Positions 1 to 8,542 are shown, numbered from the stretch's first letter. The stretch: 23,413 bases of DNA from Campylobacterota bacterium (GCA_051746405.1 JBNJFB010000037.1:1-23413), one strand, 5' to 3'. Program-made: numbers and translations. The notes: a model not told the origin generated them from the sequence alone.

Positions 1-1002
1 CAAATAGGAGCGGGGTCTGCCTCATTTATTTCACAACTTGTTAAATTCTCAGCTAGAGATAGAAAAAAACTTGTAATATGCGGTATAAGTGCTGGCTTTG
101 CTTCTGTATTTGGAACTCCTATTTCAGGAGCAATATTTGGAGTTGAAGTATTAATTGTGGGAATAATGATGTATGATGTACTGTTACCTTCATTTATTGC
201 TGGTTTTGCAGCTTTTACCACTGCTAAACTTTTAGGAATAAACTATACATATTATCATATGCAGTTTTCAAATGCTGTTCCCTTTGATATAGTATTAATT
301 TTACAAGTTATCTTAGCAGGACTGTTTTTTGGGTTAATCTCTTACTTTTTAATAGTAACACTAAAACATACAGAAATAAAGATTAAAGCAATTAAACTAA
401 ACATATACTTAAAAGCATTTATAGCAGGAAGTTTTTTAGTTGCCCTATCTTTTTTCATAGGAGATAGATATTTTGGACTTGGATTAGATACTATCTCCAC
501 ACTATTTTATAGTGACCCTGCTATTTCAGAAGACGTCCCTTGGTACTCATTTATTGCAAAAACAATCTACACAGCCATTACATTAGGAGCAGGTGGAAGT
601 GGAGGAGTTATCACCCCTATATTCTATGTTGGTGCCACAAGTGGAAATCTCTTTGGAACCTTAATAGGTGATAATATTGCACTATTTGCAGCACTTGGAC
701 TTACAAGTGTATTAGCAGGAACAACCAATGCACCAATTGCAGCTACTATTATGGCAGTTGAACTTTTTGGAATAGAAATAGCACACTATGCAGCTATTAG
801 TGCAATTATTACTTTTTTAATCACGGGACATAGAAGTGTATTCCAATCACAAGTTTTAAAAATGAAAAAATCTGATATGCTTGATATTGATTATGGTGAT
901 AATATTGATAAAAGTAGCGTAGAGTTAACAGAAAAAAATAAAAAGAAAATGGATAAATTCTTAAAAAAAGTTAGATGGAGTACTAAAAAAGAACATGAGT
1001 AG
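1..1002 (+). CDS. ClC-family chloride/anion channel or transporter, 5'-truncated by the window edge
   Basis: Frame is open from base 1 (QIGAGSASFISQ...GISAGFASVFGTPISGAIFGVEV), so the listed start at 157 is internal. ClC motifs GFASVFGTP, GGSGGVITPIFYVG and AGTTNAPIAATIMAVELFG are present, with many TM segments. Confidence 0.9.
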   Translation, partial: QIGAGSASFISQLVKFSARDRKKLVICGISAGFASVFGTPISGAIFGVEVLIVGIMMYDVLLPSFIAGFAAFTTAKLLGINYTYYHMQFSNAVPFDIVLILQVILAGLFFGLISYFLIVTLKHTEIKIKAIKLNIYLKAFIAGSFLVALSFFIGDRYFGLGLDTISTLFYSDPAISEDVPWYSFIAKTIYTAITLGAGGSGGVITPIFYVGATSGNLFGTLIGDNIALFAALGLTSVLAGTTNAPIAATIMAVELFGIEIAHYAAISAIITFLITGHRSVFQSQVLKMKKSDMLDIDYGDNIDKSSVELTEKNKKKMDKFLKKVRWSTKKEHE

Positions 1003-1006
1003 TACC

Positions 1007-1822
1007 TCATCTATATGAAGACTTTGATTTTTTTAAGGGTACATTATAAAATCCATTATTTGCTAAAAAAATTTTAATCTCTTTATCAATAAACATATTT
1101 TTAGGTCCCTTAACTATCTCTACTATTGGCATAATATCACCTTCATACTTACTAAAATCTAACTCAAAGTATGGTATTAAATTTCCACATACAGCTCTAA
1201 ACTTCATTTCAGATAGATTATTTCTAAAGATAATTTTTTCATTTACCTTATCATCAATTATAATAGGATTATGAATAAGTCTTACTTCTTGCTCTTCTTT
1301 AAATAGCTCATTTTTAGATTTTGCTGCAAGATTGTTTATTTTTGTTATTACCTCTTCACACATAAGCTTAAACTCTTTATCTTTTAAACTAACGTTATTT
1401 GAAAACTTTTCTAAAGGGCTAAATATCTCATCTATCTCCTCTTCTTGCTTTTTTTCATCATATAAAACCTCTGTTGCCATAACTATACTGTTTGTCTTAA
1501 AATAGTCTGTATTAAAACCAATTGCAACACCATGTCCATCATTTGCATAAGCTCTCCATTGACTTAATAAATCTCCACCTTGAGAAAATGAGGCAATATA
1601 TACATTTGGTAACTGTTTTTTAAATAGACGTTCAAAAAGTTTGTATTTTGTAAAGTTGTTTTTATCTCTAATTTTTTCTAACTTTTTATTTACTTTATCA
1701 TTTATCCAATGAATCTCTTTATAGTCATTAAGGTTATAAACAGAACTTAGCCATAGCTTTTTATTTTGAATAATAGCTCTAAATGCTTCCACATTACAGT
1801 AATGATAAATTATTTTACCCAT
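1007..1822 (-). CDS. DUF2971 domain-containing protein
   Basis: Family-like motifs YHYC...IIQNKKLWLS...LND, LLSQWRAYA..G.GVAIGF and EEQEVR; AGGAG RBS at 1829-1833. Confidence 0.8.
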   Translation of the reverse strand: MGKIIYHYCNVEAFRAIIQNKKLWLSSVYNLNDYKEIHWINDKVNKKLEKIRDKNNFTKYKLFERLFKKQLPNVYIASFSQGGDLLSQWRAYANDGHGVAIGFNTDYFKTNSIVMATEVLYDEKKQEEEIDEIFSPLEKFSNNVSLKDKEFKLMCEEVITKINNLAAKSKNELFKEEQEVRLIHNPIIIDDKVNEKIIFRNNLSEMKFRAVCGNLIPYFELDFSKYEGDIMPIVEIVKGPKNMFIDKEIKIFLANNGFYNVPLKKSKSSYR

Positions 1823-1828
1823 TATAAA

Positions 1829-1847
1829 CTCCTATTAATACATTATA
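1829..1847 (-). promoter_or_regulatory. Putative sigma70 -10 box (TATAAT, 1842-1847) and RBS (AGGAG, 1829-1833) for the DUF2971 gene
   Basis: Minus strand reads GTGTATAATGTATTAATAGGAGTTTATAATG in the 39-bp intergenic gap. Confidence 0.55.
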
Positions 1848-1861
1848 CACAAAAAATCTTA

Positions 1862-2515
1862 TTAAATTTTTTCAAGACCTTTATTTGTTAATTTATATAT
1901 TGTTGAAGCTAATTTATCAATAAAAGTTTTATGATGAGATACAATAACCATAGATTTTTTAATAGAGTTTAACAGCTCAATTATCTTTATTTGTGCTTCA
2001 TCATCAAGTGCATTAGTTGGTTCATCAAGAAGCATTATCTTTGGTTTTGTTATTAAAATACCAGCAAGTGCAACTATTTTTTGTTCACCGCCACTTAACT
2101 CATTTATCACTCTATTTTCTAAATGTTCAATATTTAATTGCTTTAAGATTTTGATAGATTCTATATATGCCTCTTCTTTTTTAACCTTTCTTGCTCTTAA
2201 GTTAAACATCACATCCTCTATTACAGTAGGACATAAAAAGTAGTCACTAACATCTTGGGGTAAGTATCCTATTTCACTTCGAAACTGCTCATACTGTTTA
2301 TTACTTTTTATTATTTGATGAAAAAGGTGTAACTCTCCTAAATAATCACTTTGTAAACCTGCAATAATCTTCAAAAGAGTACTTTTCCCCACTCCATTTG
2401 AACCAATTATAGCTATTTTCTCTTCATGTCCAACATCTAAATTTATATTTTCAAATACTGTTTTATCATCATTTTTAAAACTTATACATTTTAAATTAAA
2501 AGAACAACTCATCAC
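1862..2515 (-). CDS. nikO: ECF-type Ni/Co transporter ATPase (NikO/CbiO)
   Basis: Walker A GSNGVGKST, signature LSGGEQK, Walker B LLDEPT, H-loop VSHH; last gene of the nikKMLQ cluster. The ATG at 2512 is an alternative start. Confidence 0.88.
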   Translation of the reverse strand: MMSCSFNLKCISFKNDDKTVFENINLDVGHEEKIAIIGSNGVGKSTLLKIIAGLQSDYLGELHLFHQIIKSNKQYEQFRSEIGYLPQDVSDYFLCPTVIEDVMFNLRARKVKKEEAYIESIKILKQLNIEHLENRVINELSGGEQKIVALAGILITKPKIMLLDEPTNALDDEAQIKIIELLNSIKKSMVIVSHHKTFIDKLASTIYKLTNKGLEKI

Positions 2516-3152
2516 AAACCTTTATTATTATCATTAAAAAAATCAAAACCACTAGGGTTAAATCTACTTTATTTACTCTAAAACTATCATTTAAGTAGAT
2601 TTTACCCTTAAAACCTCTTGCTTTAAAAGTATCTTTTAATCTTTGAGATTTCATAATCACTTTAACAAATAACATACCAAAAATGTTACCAAACACTTCA
2701 TAAGTAAATAAAGAAGTATTTGTTTTAAACCCTCTTGATTTTAAAATATTTCTAATATTTTTAATATCATCAACTAAATAGTCAATCATTTTTAGTGAAA
2801 AATATGTTGTAGCTATAAAACTACTAGGAAACTTTAATACTCTTAAACCCCTTACTATATCATACCCATAAGAGTTAAAAAAAAGTGCCAAATTAAAAAG
2901 TATTATACTGTTTGCTCTAATATAAATATTCAAGGCATCATCAAAGGTTGATTCTATTAATAAAACTAAAAAAAGTACAAAAATAAAAATATTTAAAAAA
3001 AGCAACTTCTTAAAAATAGTAATTAGTTTTTTTCTATTAAAAAAAAGTACAAATAAAAGAGGTAATAAAAAATAAAATTCAAAATATGAAAAACTAATAA
3101 CCAAAGAGTACAAAAAAGATGATATTAATGCAATTGCAGGGTTAAATATCAC
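2496..3152 (-). CDS. nikQ: ECF transporter transmembrane T component (NikQ/CbiQ)
   Basis: Hydrophobic, with the two T-component XRX motifs (KSRGF, KARGF); GTGA overlap with the upstream gene. Confidence 0.85.
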   Translation of the reverse strand: MIFNPAIALISSFLYSLVISFSYFEFYFLLPLLFVLFFNRKKLITIFKKLLFLNIFIFVLFLVLLIESTFDDALNIYIRANSIILFNLALFFNSYGYDIVRGLRVLKFPSSFIATTYFSLKMIDYLVDDIKNIRNILKSRGFKTNTSLFTYEVFGNIFGMLFVKVIMKSQRLKDTFKARGFKGKIYLNDSFRVNKVDLTLVVLIFLMIIIKVCDELFF

Positions 3153-3637
3153 TTCTTCACTCTTTTTAAAATTATAAAAATAGCTGCTATTATAAATAAT
3201 GAAAATATAATTTTAATCAAATTCATAAATGACAACTGCTCTTGTAAACTCTCTATTTTAAGTTTTAACTTTTTATTCTCTTGTTTTAACTTTTCTAGCT
3301 TATCATTTTTAATCTCTTCAGTATTACTACTTTTTTTTATCTTTTTATCTTCTAATACAATATTCTTAATAACTTTATGACCCATACTAGCATCTACTAC
3401 TACTTTTAGACTCTTTTTATCTATGGAAACATTTAGTTCACCTTTACTATTTGTTTTTAACTGTTTTAATAACTTCTCATCTGAGAATATTTTCACATCA
3501 CAATTAACACATGGGTCACCATTTGGAAAGTAAGAGCTTAAATAAAGACTATCTTTTTCATAATCAGTAAAAACATTTACTCTATGGGCAAATAAAGATA
3601 TGCTTAAAATAATTAAAAATAAGACTACTCTTTTCAT
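3149..3637 (-). CDS. nikL: Accessory component of the Ni/Co ECF transporter (NikL/CbiL-like)
   Basis: Signal peptide followed by AHRVNVF, the motifs YFPNG and DASMGH, and a C-terminal TM anchor; lies between nikM and nikQ with an ATGA overlap. Confidence 0.75.
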   Translation of the reverse strand: MKRVVLFLIILSISLFAHRVNVFTDYEKDSLYLSSYFPNGDPCVNCDVKIFSDEKLLKQLKTNSKGELNVSIDKKSLKVVVDASMGHKVIKNIVLEDKKIKKSSNTEEIKNDKLEKLKQENKKLKLKIESLQEQLSFMNLIKIIFSLFIIAAIFIILKRVKK

Positions 3638-4236
3638 ACATTAACCTCTTTAAAAAGCTTGGGAATTGATTTTTTTACATAAATAAGTAAAAATAGTGTG
3701 ATAAAGCCTTCTATAATCATAGTTGGTAAATTAGCAAGGAAAATAGTGTATGAAGCTATTTCGTACTTTTCATCTGAAAAATAGAGAATAAAAGATAATA
3801 AAATAACTGAAAAGAAAACACCTAAAAACCCATACAAGAAAAATCTAATCTTTTGGCTTATAATCTTAATAAAGGGTAGTTTATTAACTAAATATACAAG
3901 ATATGCAGGTATTGCCATTATTATAATATTTGCACCCAGTGAACTAAGACCTCCATAGCCTAATAATATAGTTTGTAAAAACAGAGCTATAGAGATACTT
4001 AAAAAAACTAAATTACCTAAAAACAACCCTATGACTCCAATTAAAAGTAAATGAATTTGTGTAGGACCAAGGGGTATATGAATAAACGATGCAATAAAGA
4101 AAAGTGCACTCATAGAAGCCACCAATGTTATATCTTCATTTTTTAACTTTTTTATTGAATATATGCATAAACCAATACTAGCAACAGCCAATGTAGAGGC
4201 AACTTCTATATTCAGTACACCATCTGATATATGCAT
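3634..4236 (-). CDS. nikM: Ni/Co ECF substrate-binding S component (NikM/CbiM)
   Basis: N-terminal MHISDG metal-binding motif, plus HIPLGPTQIHLL and GYGGLSSLGAN; multi-TM protein. Confidence 0.92.
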   Translation of the reverse strand: MHISDGVLNIEVASTLAVASIGLCIYSIKKLKNEDITLVASMSALFFIASFIHIPLGPTQIHLLLIGVIGLFLGNLVFLSISIALFLQTILLGYGGLSSLGANIIIMAIPAYLVYLVNKLPFIKIISQKIRFFLYGFLGVFFSVILLSFILYFSDEKYEIASYTIFLANLPTMIIEGFITLFLLIYVKKSIPKLFKEVNV

Positions 4237-4249
4237 TTTTACTCCTAAT

Positions 4250-4975
4250 CTAGTAGGCTTTAATCCAGATTAAAGCACCATTTTCAATGGGATACATCTT
4301 ATCATTATAACTCTTTTGTCCCTCTTCAACCAATGCAGCAAATCCCCACCATCCTTTATGATTCAATACAAAAGAGAATACACCATTTTCATTAGTTTTT
4401 ACAACTTGTGTAATATGTGAAGCAGTTGGAGCTTTTAATCCAAACTTATTATAAAGCTCCACTTCAACTTCAACATTTGAAGCTGGTTTACCATGAACTA
4501 AAACCTTTCCTTGAAATAAGTTACCTTTATATAGTGCAAAAGGTTTTACTAATGGAATAATTTCATAATCTAATCCCAAAGGCTCATCCCAACCATTTTC
4601 ATATCCATAAGCACTAACTATAACCTTTGGCACATGGGAAATAAACTTTTGCTCTGATGATTCAAAATAAGGCTTAGGAATAGTAAAAAACTTATAAACA
4701 CCTGGTCTTTTTATCTCATAATCTGTTGTCCATGCTTTTTTTTCAAATCTTTTTACCTCCTTTAAATCCAAACTTTTATTTTTACTATTTAAAAAAATCC
4801 CTTGAGGTTTTACCATCTGCATACCTGTTTGTTCAAAAGGATGAATAAACATAGACTCTATTTTTAAACTACTTTGCTTCTTACTAGATACATAATCAGT
4901 TGATGGAATCATTGTTAAAAAGTGTGCATTTAAAGACACTACTGCAAACACTAACAATAAAACTGTTTTTTTCAT
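4250..4975 (-). CDS. nikK: Periplasmic NikK / DUF4198-family component of the Ni/Co transporter
   Basis: Signal peptide ending LNA|HF, with motifs FIHPFE, PYFE..E..FISH, EIIPL..P and GWWGFAAL; first gene of the operon; AGGAGA RBS at 4983-4988. Confidence 0.8.
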   Translation of the reverse strand: MKKTVLLLVFAVVSLNAHFLTMIPSTDYVSSKKQSSLKIESMFIHPFEQTGMQMVKPQGIFLNSKNKSLDLKEVKRFEKKAWTTDYEIKRPGVYKFFTIPKPYFESSEQKFISHVPKVIVSAYGYENGWDEPLGLDYEIIPLVKPFALYKGNLFQGKVLVHGKPASNVEVEVELYNKFGLKAPTASHITQVVKTNENGVFSFVLNHKGWWGFAALVEEGQKSYNDKMYPIENGALIWIKAY

Positions 4976-5002
4976 AAACTCTTCTCCTATTTATTTTAAA
5001 TA

Positions 5003-5034
5003 ATTATATTCACAGTGTTTTTATACTAATATAA
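5003..5034. promoter_or_regulatory. Divergent promoter region with a putative NikR-type operator
   Basis: Inverted repeat TTATATT(5004-5010)-N17-AATATAA(5028-5034). It contains TATTC-N15-TAATA, one mismatch from the H. pylori NikR consensus TRWYA-N15-TRWYA. It overlaps a minus-strand TATAAT (5003-5008) and a plus-strand TATACT (5022-5027). AT-rich background lowers certainty. Confidence 0.5.
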
Positions 5035-5067
5035 AGATTCAAACTTCTTATTTAATATTGGAACTAA

Positions 5068-5697
5068 ATGTTAAAATGTATTCACTGCAATTACAATAAA
5101 GTCTATACTCTTGCAAATGGTTACATAAAGTGTAGCAGTTGCAAAAGAAAATACTCTTTAAAAAAACAGAAAGCTCAAGAAGAGATATTAAAGCTTTTTT
5201 GCAAAAATATAAATGCACTAGAAGCTTCAAAAAAATTAAATAGAAACTATATAACCATATCAAATAGATATAAACTATACCGTAGTTTAATAGTAAACTA
5301 CATAGAACAAAACTATGAAAATATAAAAACCTCAAATTATGAGTTTGATGAGTATATTTATATAAAAAACAAAGAACTAAAAAACTCACATAACTTTTTG
5401 ACCTTTAATTATTCAAACTATATTTACAATATGATACTTCCACCACTAAATAGATATAATACTTCTAATAATAGTAATGAACTACGGAAGTTTTTAAGAT
5501 ACAATAAAATAGCCAAGCTTCAAAGTTTAAATAGTTATATAAATGATTTTTGGACTTTTTTTGAAGATTTTTTGAAAAAGTATAAGGGAGTAGATAGATA
5601 TAATTTTAATATCTATTTAAAAGAAGCAGAGTTTAAATTTAATTACCCCGTTTGCAAACAAGAGAAGATTCTAAAAAAACAACTCAATAAACAGTAA
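5068..5697 (+). CDS. IS1595/ISXO2-family transposase-derived protein (Zn ribbon + HTH + shortened catalytic domain), probably non-mobile
   Basis: CIHC-x14-CSSC Zn ribbon; HTH-like NALEASKKLNRNYITISNRY; EFDEY (IS1595 ExDE.Y); C-terminal FW....LKKYKGV....F..YLKEAEFKFN typical of the family. No terminal inverted repeats seen. Confidence 0.7.
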   Translation: MLKCIHCNYNKVYTLANGYIKCSSCKRKYSLKKQKAQEEILKLFCKNINALEASKKLNRNYITISNRYKLYRSLIVNYIEQNYENIKTSNYEFDEYIYIKNKELKNSHNFLTFNYSNYIYNMILPPLNRYNTSNNSNELRKFLRYNKIAKLQSLNSYINDFWTFFEDFLKKYKGVDRYNFNIYLKEAEFKFNYPVCKQEKILKKQLNKQ

Positions 5698-5703
5698 AAT
5701 CTA

Positions 5704-5757
5704 TTGACATTAAATAATTCATATGTTAGTATATTCATATGAATAAAATATCATATG
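5704..5757 (+). promoter_or_regulatory. sigma70 promoter of the cop operon with tandem ArsR/SmtB-type operators
   Basis: TTGACA (5704-5709), 17-bp spacer, TG-n-TAGTAT (-10 at 5727-5732). TCATATG occurs at 5719, 5735 and 5751 (exact 16-bp period). Perfect palindrome TATTCATATGAATA at 5732-5745. The core TGAA-N6-ATCA resembles CzrA/SmtB TGAA-N6-TTCA. Confidence 0.8.
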
Positions 5758-5770
5758 AAAGGTTTTAACT

Positions 5771-5974
5771 ATGAAAAAAACATTTAAAGCAAACAATATC
5801 TCTTGTGGAAATTGTGCAAACTTAATCAAAGCATCACTTGAAGAGGATTTTGGTGAGATTGAAGTGAACTTAAACACTCAACCAAAAGAGGTAACTGTGG
5901 AAATTGAAGATGAATCAAAAGAGGCGAAGTTTAAAGAAGAGATGAGTGATTTAGGGTTTGAAGTAATACAGTAA
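5771..5974 (+). CDS. copZ: Heavy-metal-associated (HMA) domain copper chaperone, CopZ/CopP-like
   Basis: 67 aa, ISCGNC CxxC motif, acidic, C-terminal LGF; upstream of a P1B ATPase. Confidence 0.85.
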   Translation: MKKTFKANNISCGNCANLIKASLEEDFGEIEVNLNTQPKEVTVEIEDESKEAKFKEEMSDLGFEVIQ

Positions 5975-5975
5975 G

Positions 5976-6338
5976 ATGTTTAAAGAAGTAGAAAAAAAAC
6001 TAATAAGATCTTGCTGTGAAGATATAAGTTATATATCTGATATCAAAAAAATTTTACCCAAAGATGAAGCTTTGGTTAGCATCTCAAATATATTTAAAGC
6101 ATTAAGTGACCCCACAAGGGTTAAAATGCTTTATGCACTACAAGATTATGAAATCTGTGTAGGAGAGATGGCAAACCTTTTGGGTATCCCTCAATCACAC
6201 GTATCACACCAACTAAGAATATTAAAAAAATATGGAATCGTTGATTTTGAAAAAGAGAAAAAAATGTCTTTTTATCATATCAAAGATGACTATATAAGAG
6301 AACTTCTTAAACTAATACTAAAAGAAAAAAAGGAGTAG
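5976..6338 (+). CDS. ArsR/SmtB-family metalloregulator
   Basis: FKALSDPTRVKML, EICVGE, QSHVSHQLRILK winged HTH; N-terminal Cys13-Cys14. Confidence 0.92.
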   Translation: MFKEVEKKLIRSCCEDISYISDIKKILPKDEALVSISNIFKALSDPTRVKMLYALQDYEICVGEMANLLGIPQSHVSHQLRILKKYGIVDFEKEKKMSFYHIKDDYIRELLKLILKEKKE

Positions 6339-6342
6339 TACA

Positions 6343-8523
6343 GTGTCAAAAGAACAAATAAACTTAAATATTTCAGGTATGACTTGTGTAAACTGCTCAA
6401 ATGGAATAGAAAAATTTCTAAACAAACAAAAAGGTGTGCAAAAGACAAATGTAAGCTTTGCTTCCCATGAGGGTGAGTTTACAATAGACAATGAAATAAT
6501 GCCTAAAGAAAAGCTTATAAAAAAGATTAAGCTTTTAGGATATGGAGTAGAAGAGGACTTCAAACATCTTGAAGAGGCTCAATTAAAAGAGTTTAATAAG
6601 CTAAAAAAACTATTTATGGTCTCTATGGGTCTTACAATAGCAATCTTTATCCTTGCCTTTTCAAATATAGTAGCAGATCCAACAAAAAAATATGTTATCT
6701 TTGCTATTGCTACAGTTGTGCAGTTTTACTGCGGTAGTAGATTTTATAAACTTTCATACAAAGCACTTAGCAATAAAAACTATGATATGAATGTTTTAGT
6801 TGCACTTGGAACTAGTGCTGCTTACTTTTACTCTACCTTTGTTGTATTTTTTCCTTCACTTTTCCCTGAACATCTAAGATTTGTGTACTTTGATGGAGCT
6901 GCTGTTATTATCTCTTTTGTTTTATTAGGAAGATATTTGGAGGAAAGATCAAAGCAAAAAGCTAGTGATTTTTTAAAAAAACTTATGCACTTAGCACCTC
7001 AAACAGCAAACCTTTTGGATGAAAATAGAAATATAAAAACAGTAAACGCAAATGAGTTAAAAGTATCTAATAAAGTACTAGTAAAAACAGGTGAAAAAAT
7101 ACCTGCTGATGGAAAGATAATAGATGGAAAATGTGATATTGACTCATCAATGATTACAGGTGAATCAATGCCTGTATATAAAGAAGCTGGTGATGAAGTA
7201 CTATCAGGTACAGTAAATACAAATGGAGTAATTACAGTTGAGGTTACTAAAACTTCAGGTGATACAACCCTATCAAAAATCATAAATCTTCTTAAATCAG
7301 CACAAAGTAAACAAATACCAATAAGTAGATTTGCTGATAAAATAGCAAATATTTTTGTACCTGCTGTTATAGTTATCTCAATTGCTACTTTTATTATATG
7401 GGCACTTTTTGGACAGATGCAAAATGCCATACTAGCAAGTATTAGTGTTCTTATTATCTCTTGTCCTTGTGCTTTAGGACTTGCAACTCCTATTGCTATT
7501 GTAAGTGCTGTTAGTAAAGGTGCAAATGAAGGGATTCTTATAAAAAATCCTGAGGTCTTAGAGATAATCAAAGATATAAAATATGCAGTTTTTGATAAAA
7601 CAGGTACCCTAACAAAAGGGGAAATTGTAGTTACAAAAACAGATATAGATGAAAGCTTTTTTACAAAAATTCTTGCTATTGAGAAGTTAAGTGAACACCC
7701 TATTTCTAAAGCTATTGTTAACTATCTTACTTTAAAAGATGTGCAAAATGTATCTTATGAGATAGAAAACTTAGAGGTTGTTCCAGGAAGAGGTATAAAA
7801 GCAACTATTGAAAACCAAGAAATACTTTTAGGAAACAAACAGTTTTTAGATGAACATAATATACAAATAGACTCAAATCATCTTGACTTTTATAACAAAC
7901 GATTAGATATGGCAAATGGAGTAATCCTAGCTTCAATTGATGGTAAAAGTGTTGGCTCTTTTGCACTAGAAGATCAGCTAAAAGATAATGCAGATAAACT
8001 AATAAGCCAATTAAAACAGTTGGGTATAAAACCTATACTACTAACAGGTGACAACAGTATAACAGCTAAGAAAATTGCAGATAAACTAAATATAGATGAA
8101 GTTTATAGTGAAGTAATCCCTACACAAAAATTTGATGTAATAAAGCAGATACAAGAAAAAGGAAAAGTTATGTTTGTAGGTGATGGCATAAATGACGCCC
8201 CATCAATCAAACAAGCAAATATTGGCGTTACTTTAAACTCTGGTTCTGATATTAGTAAAGATGCAGGTGATATAATACTTGTAAACAATGAACTATTATC
8301 AGTTTTAAAAAGTATAAAACTCTCAACTCAAAGTATGAAAATAGTAAAACAAAATCTATTTTGGGCATTTATTTATAACGCACTAGGTATTCCACTAGCT
8401 GCAGGTGTTTTATATCCAATATACGGCGTTATGCTTTCACCTATGTACGCAGGAATTGCGATGAGCTTTAGCTCTGTTACTGTAGTGTTAAACTCACTTA
8501 GATTAAAGCTATTAAAGCTTTAA
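6343..8523 (+). CDS. copA: Cu(I)/Ag(I)-translocating P1B-1 ATPase
   Basis: N-terminal GMTCVNC, TGES, CPCALGLATP, DKTGT, SEHP, GDGINDAP; P1B-1 signatures YN (FIYNALGIP) and MxxSS (MSFSS); GTG start with AAGGAG RBS. Confidence 0.95.
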   Translation: MSKEQINLNISGMTCVNCSNGIEKFLNKQKGVQKTNVSFASHEGEFTIDNEIMPKEKLIKKIKLLGYGVEEDFKHLEEAQLKEFNKLKKLFMVSMGLTIAIFILAFSNIVADPTKKYVIFAIATVVQFYCGSRFYKLSYKALSNKNYDMNVLVALGTSAAYFYSTFVVFFPSLFPEHLRFVYFDGAAVIISFVLLGRYLEERSKQKASDFLKKLMHLAPQTANLLDENRNIKTVNANELKVSNKVLVKTGEKIPADGKIIDGKCDIDSSMITGESMPVYKEAGDEVLSGTVNTNGVITVEVTKTSGDTTLSKIINLLKSAQSKQIPISRFADKIANIFVPAVIVISIATFIIWALFGQMQNAILASISVLIISCPCALGLATPIAIVSAVSKGANEGILIKNPEVLEIIKDIKYAVFDKTGTLTKGEIVVTKTDIDESFFTKILAIEKLSEHPISKAIVNYLTLKDVQNVSYEIENLEVVPGRGIKATIENQEILLGNKQFLDEHNIQIDSNHLDFYNKRLDMANGVILASIDGKSVGSFALEDQLKDNADKLISQLKQLGIKPILLTGDNSITAKKIADKLNIDEVYSEVIPTQKFDVIKQIQEKGKVMFVGDGINDAPSIKQANIGVTLNSGSDISKDAGDIILVNNELLSVLKSIKLSTQSMKIVKQNLFWAFIYNALGIPLAAGVLYPIYGVMLSPMYAGIAMSFSSVTVVLNSLRLKLLKL

Positions 8524-8542
8524 TAAAAAAGAGAATTTTATT

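Noticed and set aside
157..1002. ORF-track start of the ClC gene at 157
   Set aside because: The frame is open and ClC-like from base 1; the true start is upstream of the window.
4976..5067. Cobalamin riboswitch upstream of the cbiM-like operon
   Set aside because: The gap is only 92 bp, very AT-rich, and has no B12-box.
5048..5389. 113-aa minus-strand ORF
   Set aside because: Antisense shadow of the transposase-derived gene; no motifs.
5040..5770. Intact, active IS1595 element
   Set aside because: No terminal inverted repeats or target duplication found, and catalytic motifs are incomplete; reported as a derived CDS instead.
6318..8288. Minus-strand ORFs 6318-6563, 6999-7571 and 8103-8288
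   Set aside because: Antisense to the well-supported copA; typical shadow ORFs.
8522..8542. AATAAAA/TTTTATT inverted repeat between the convergent copA and kinase genes as a terminator
   Set aside because: A/T-only stem, too weak and expected by chance in this composition.
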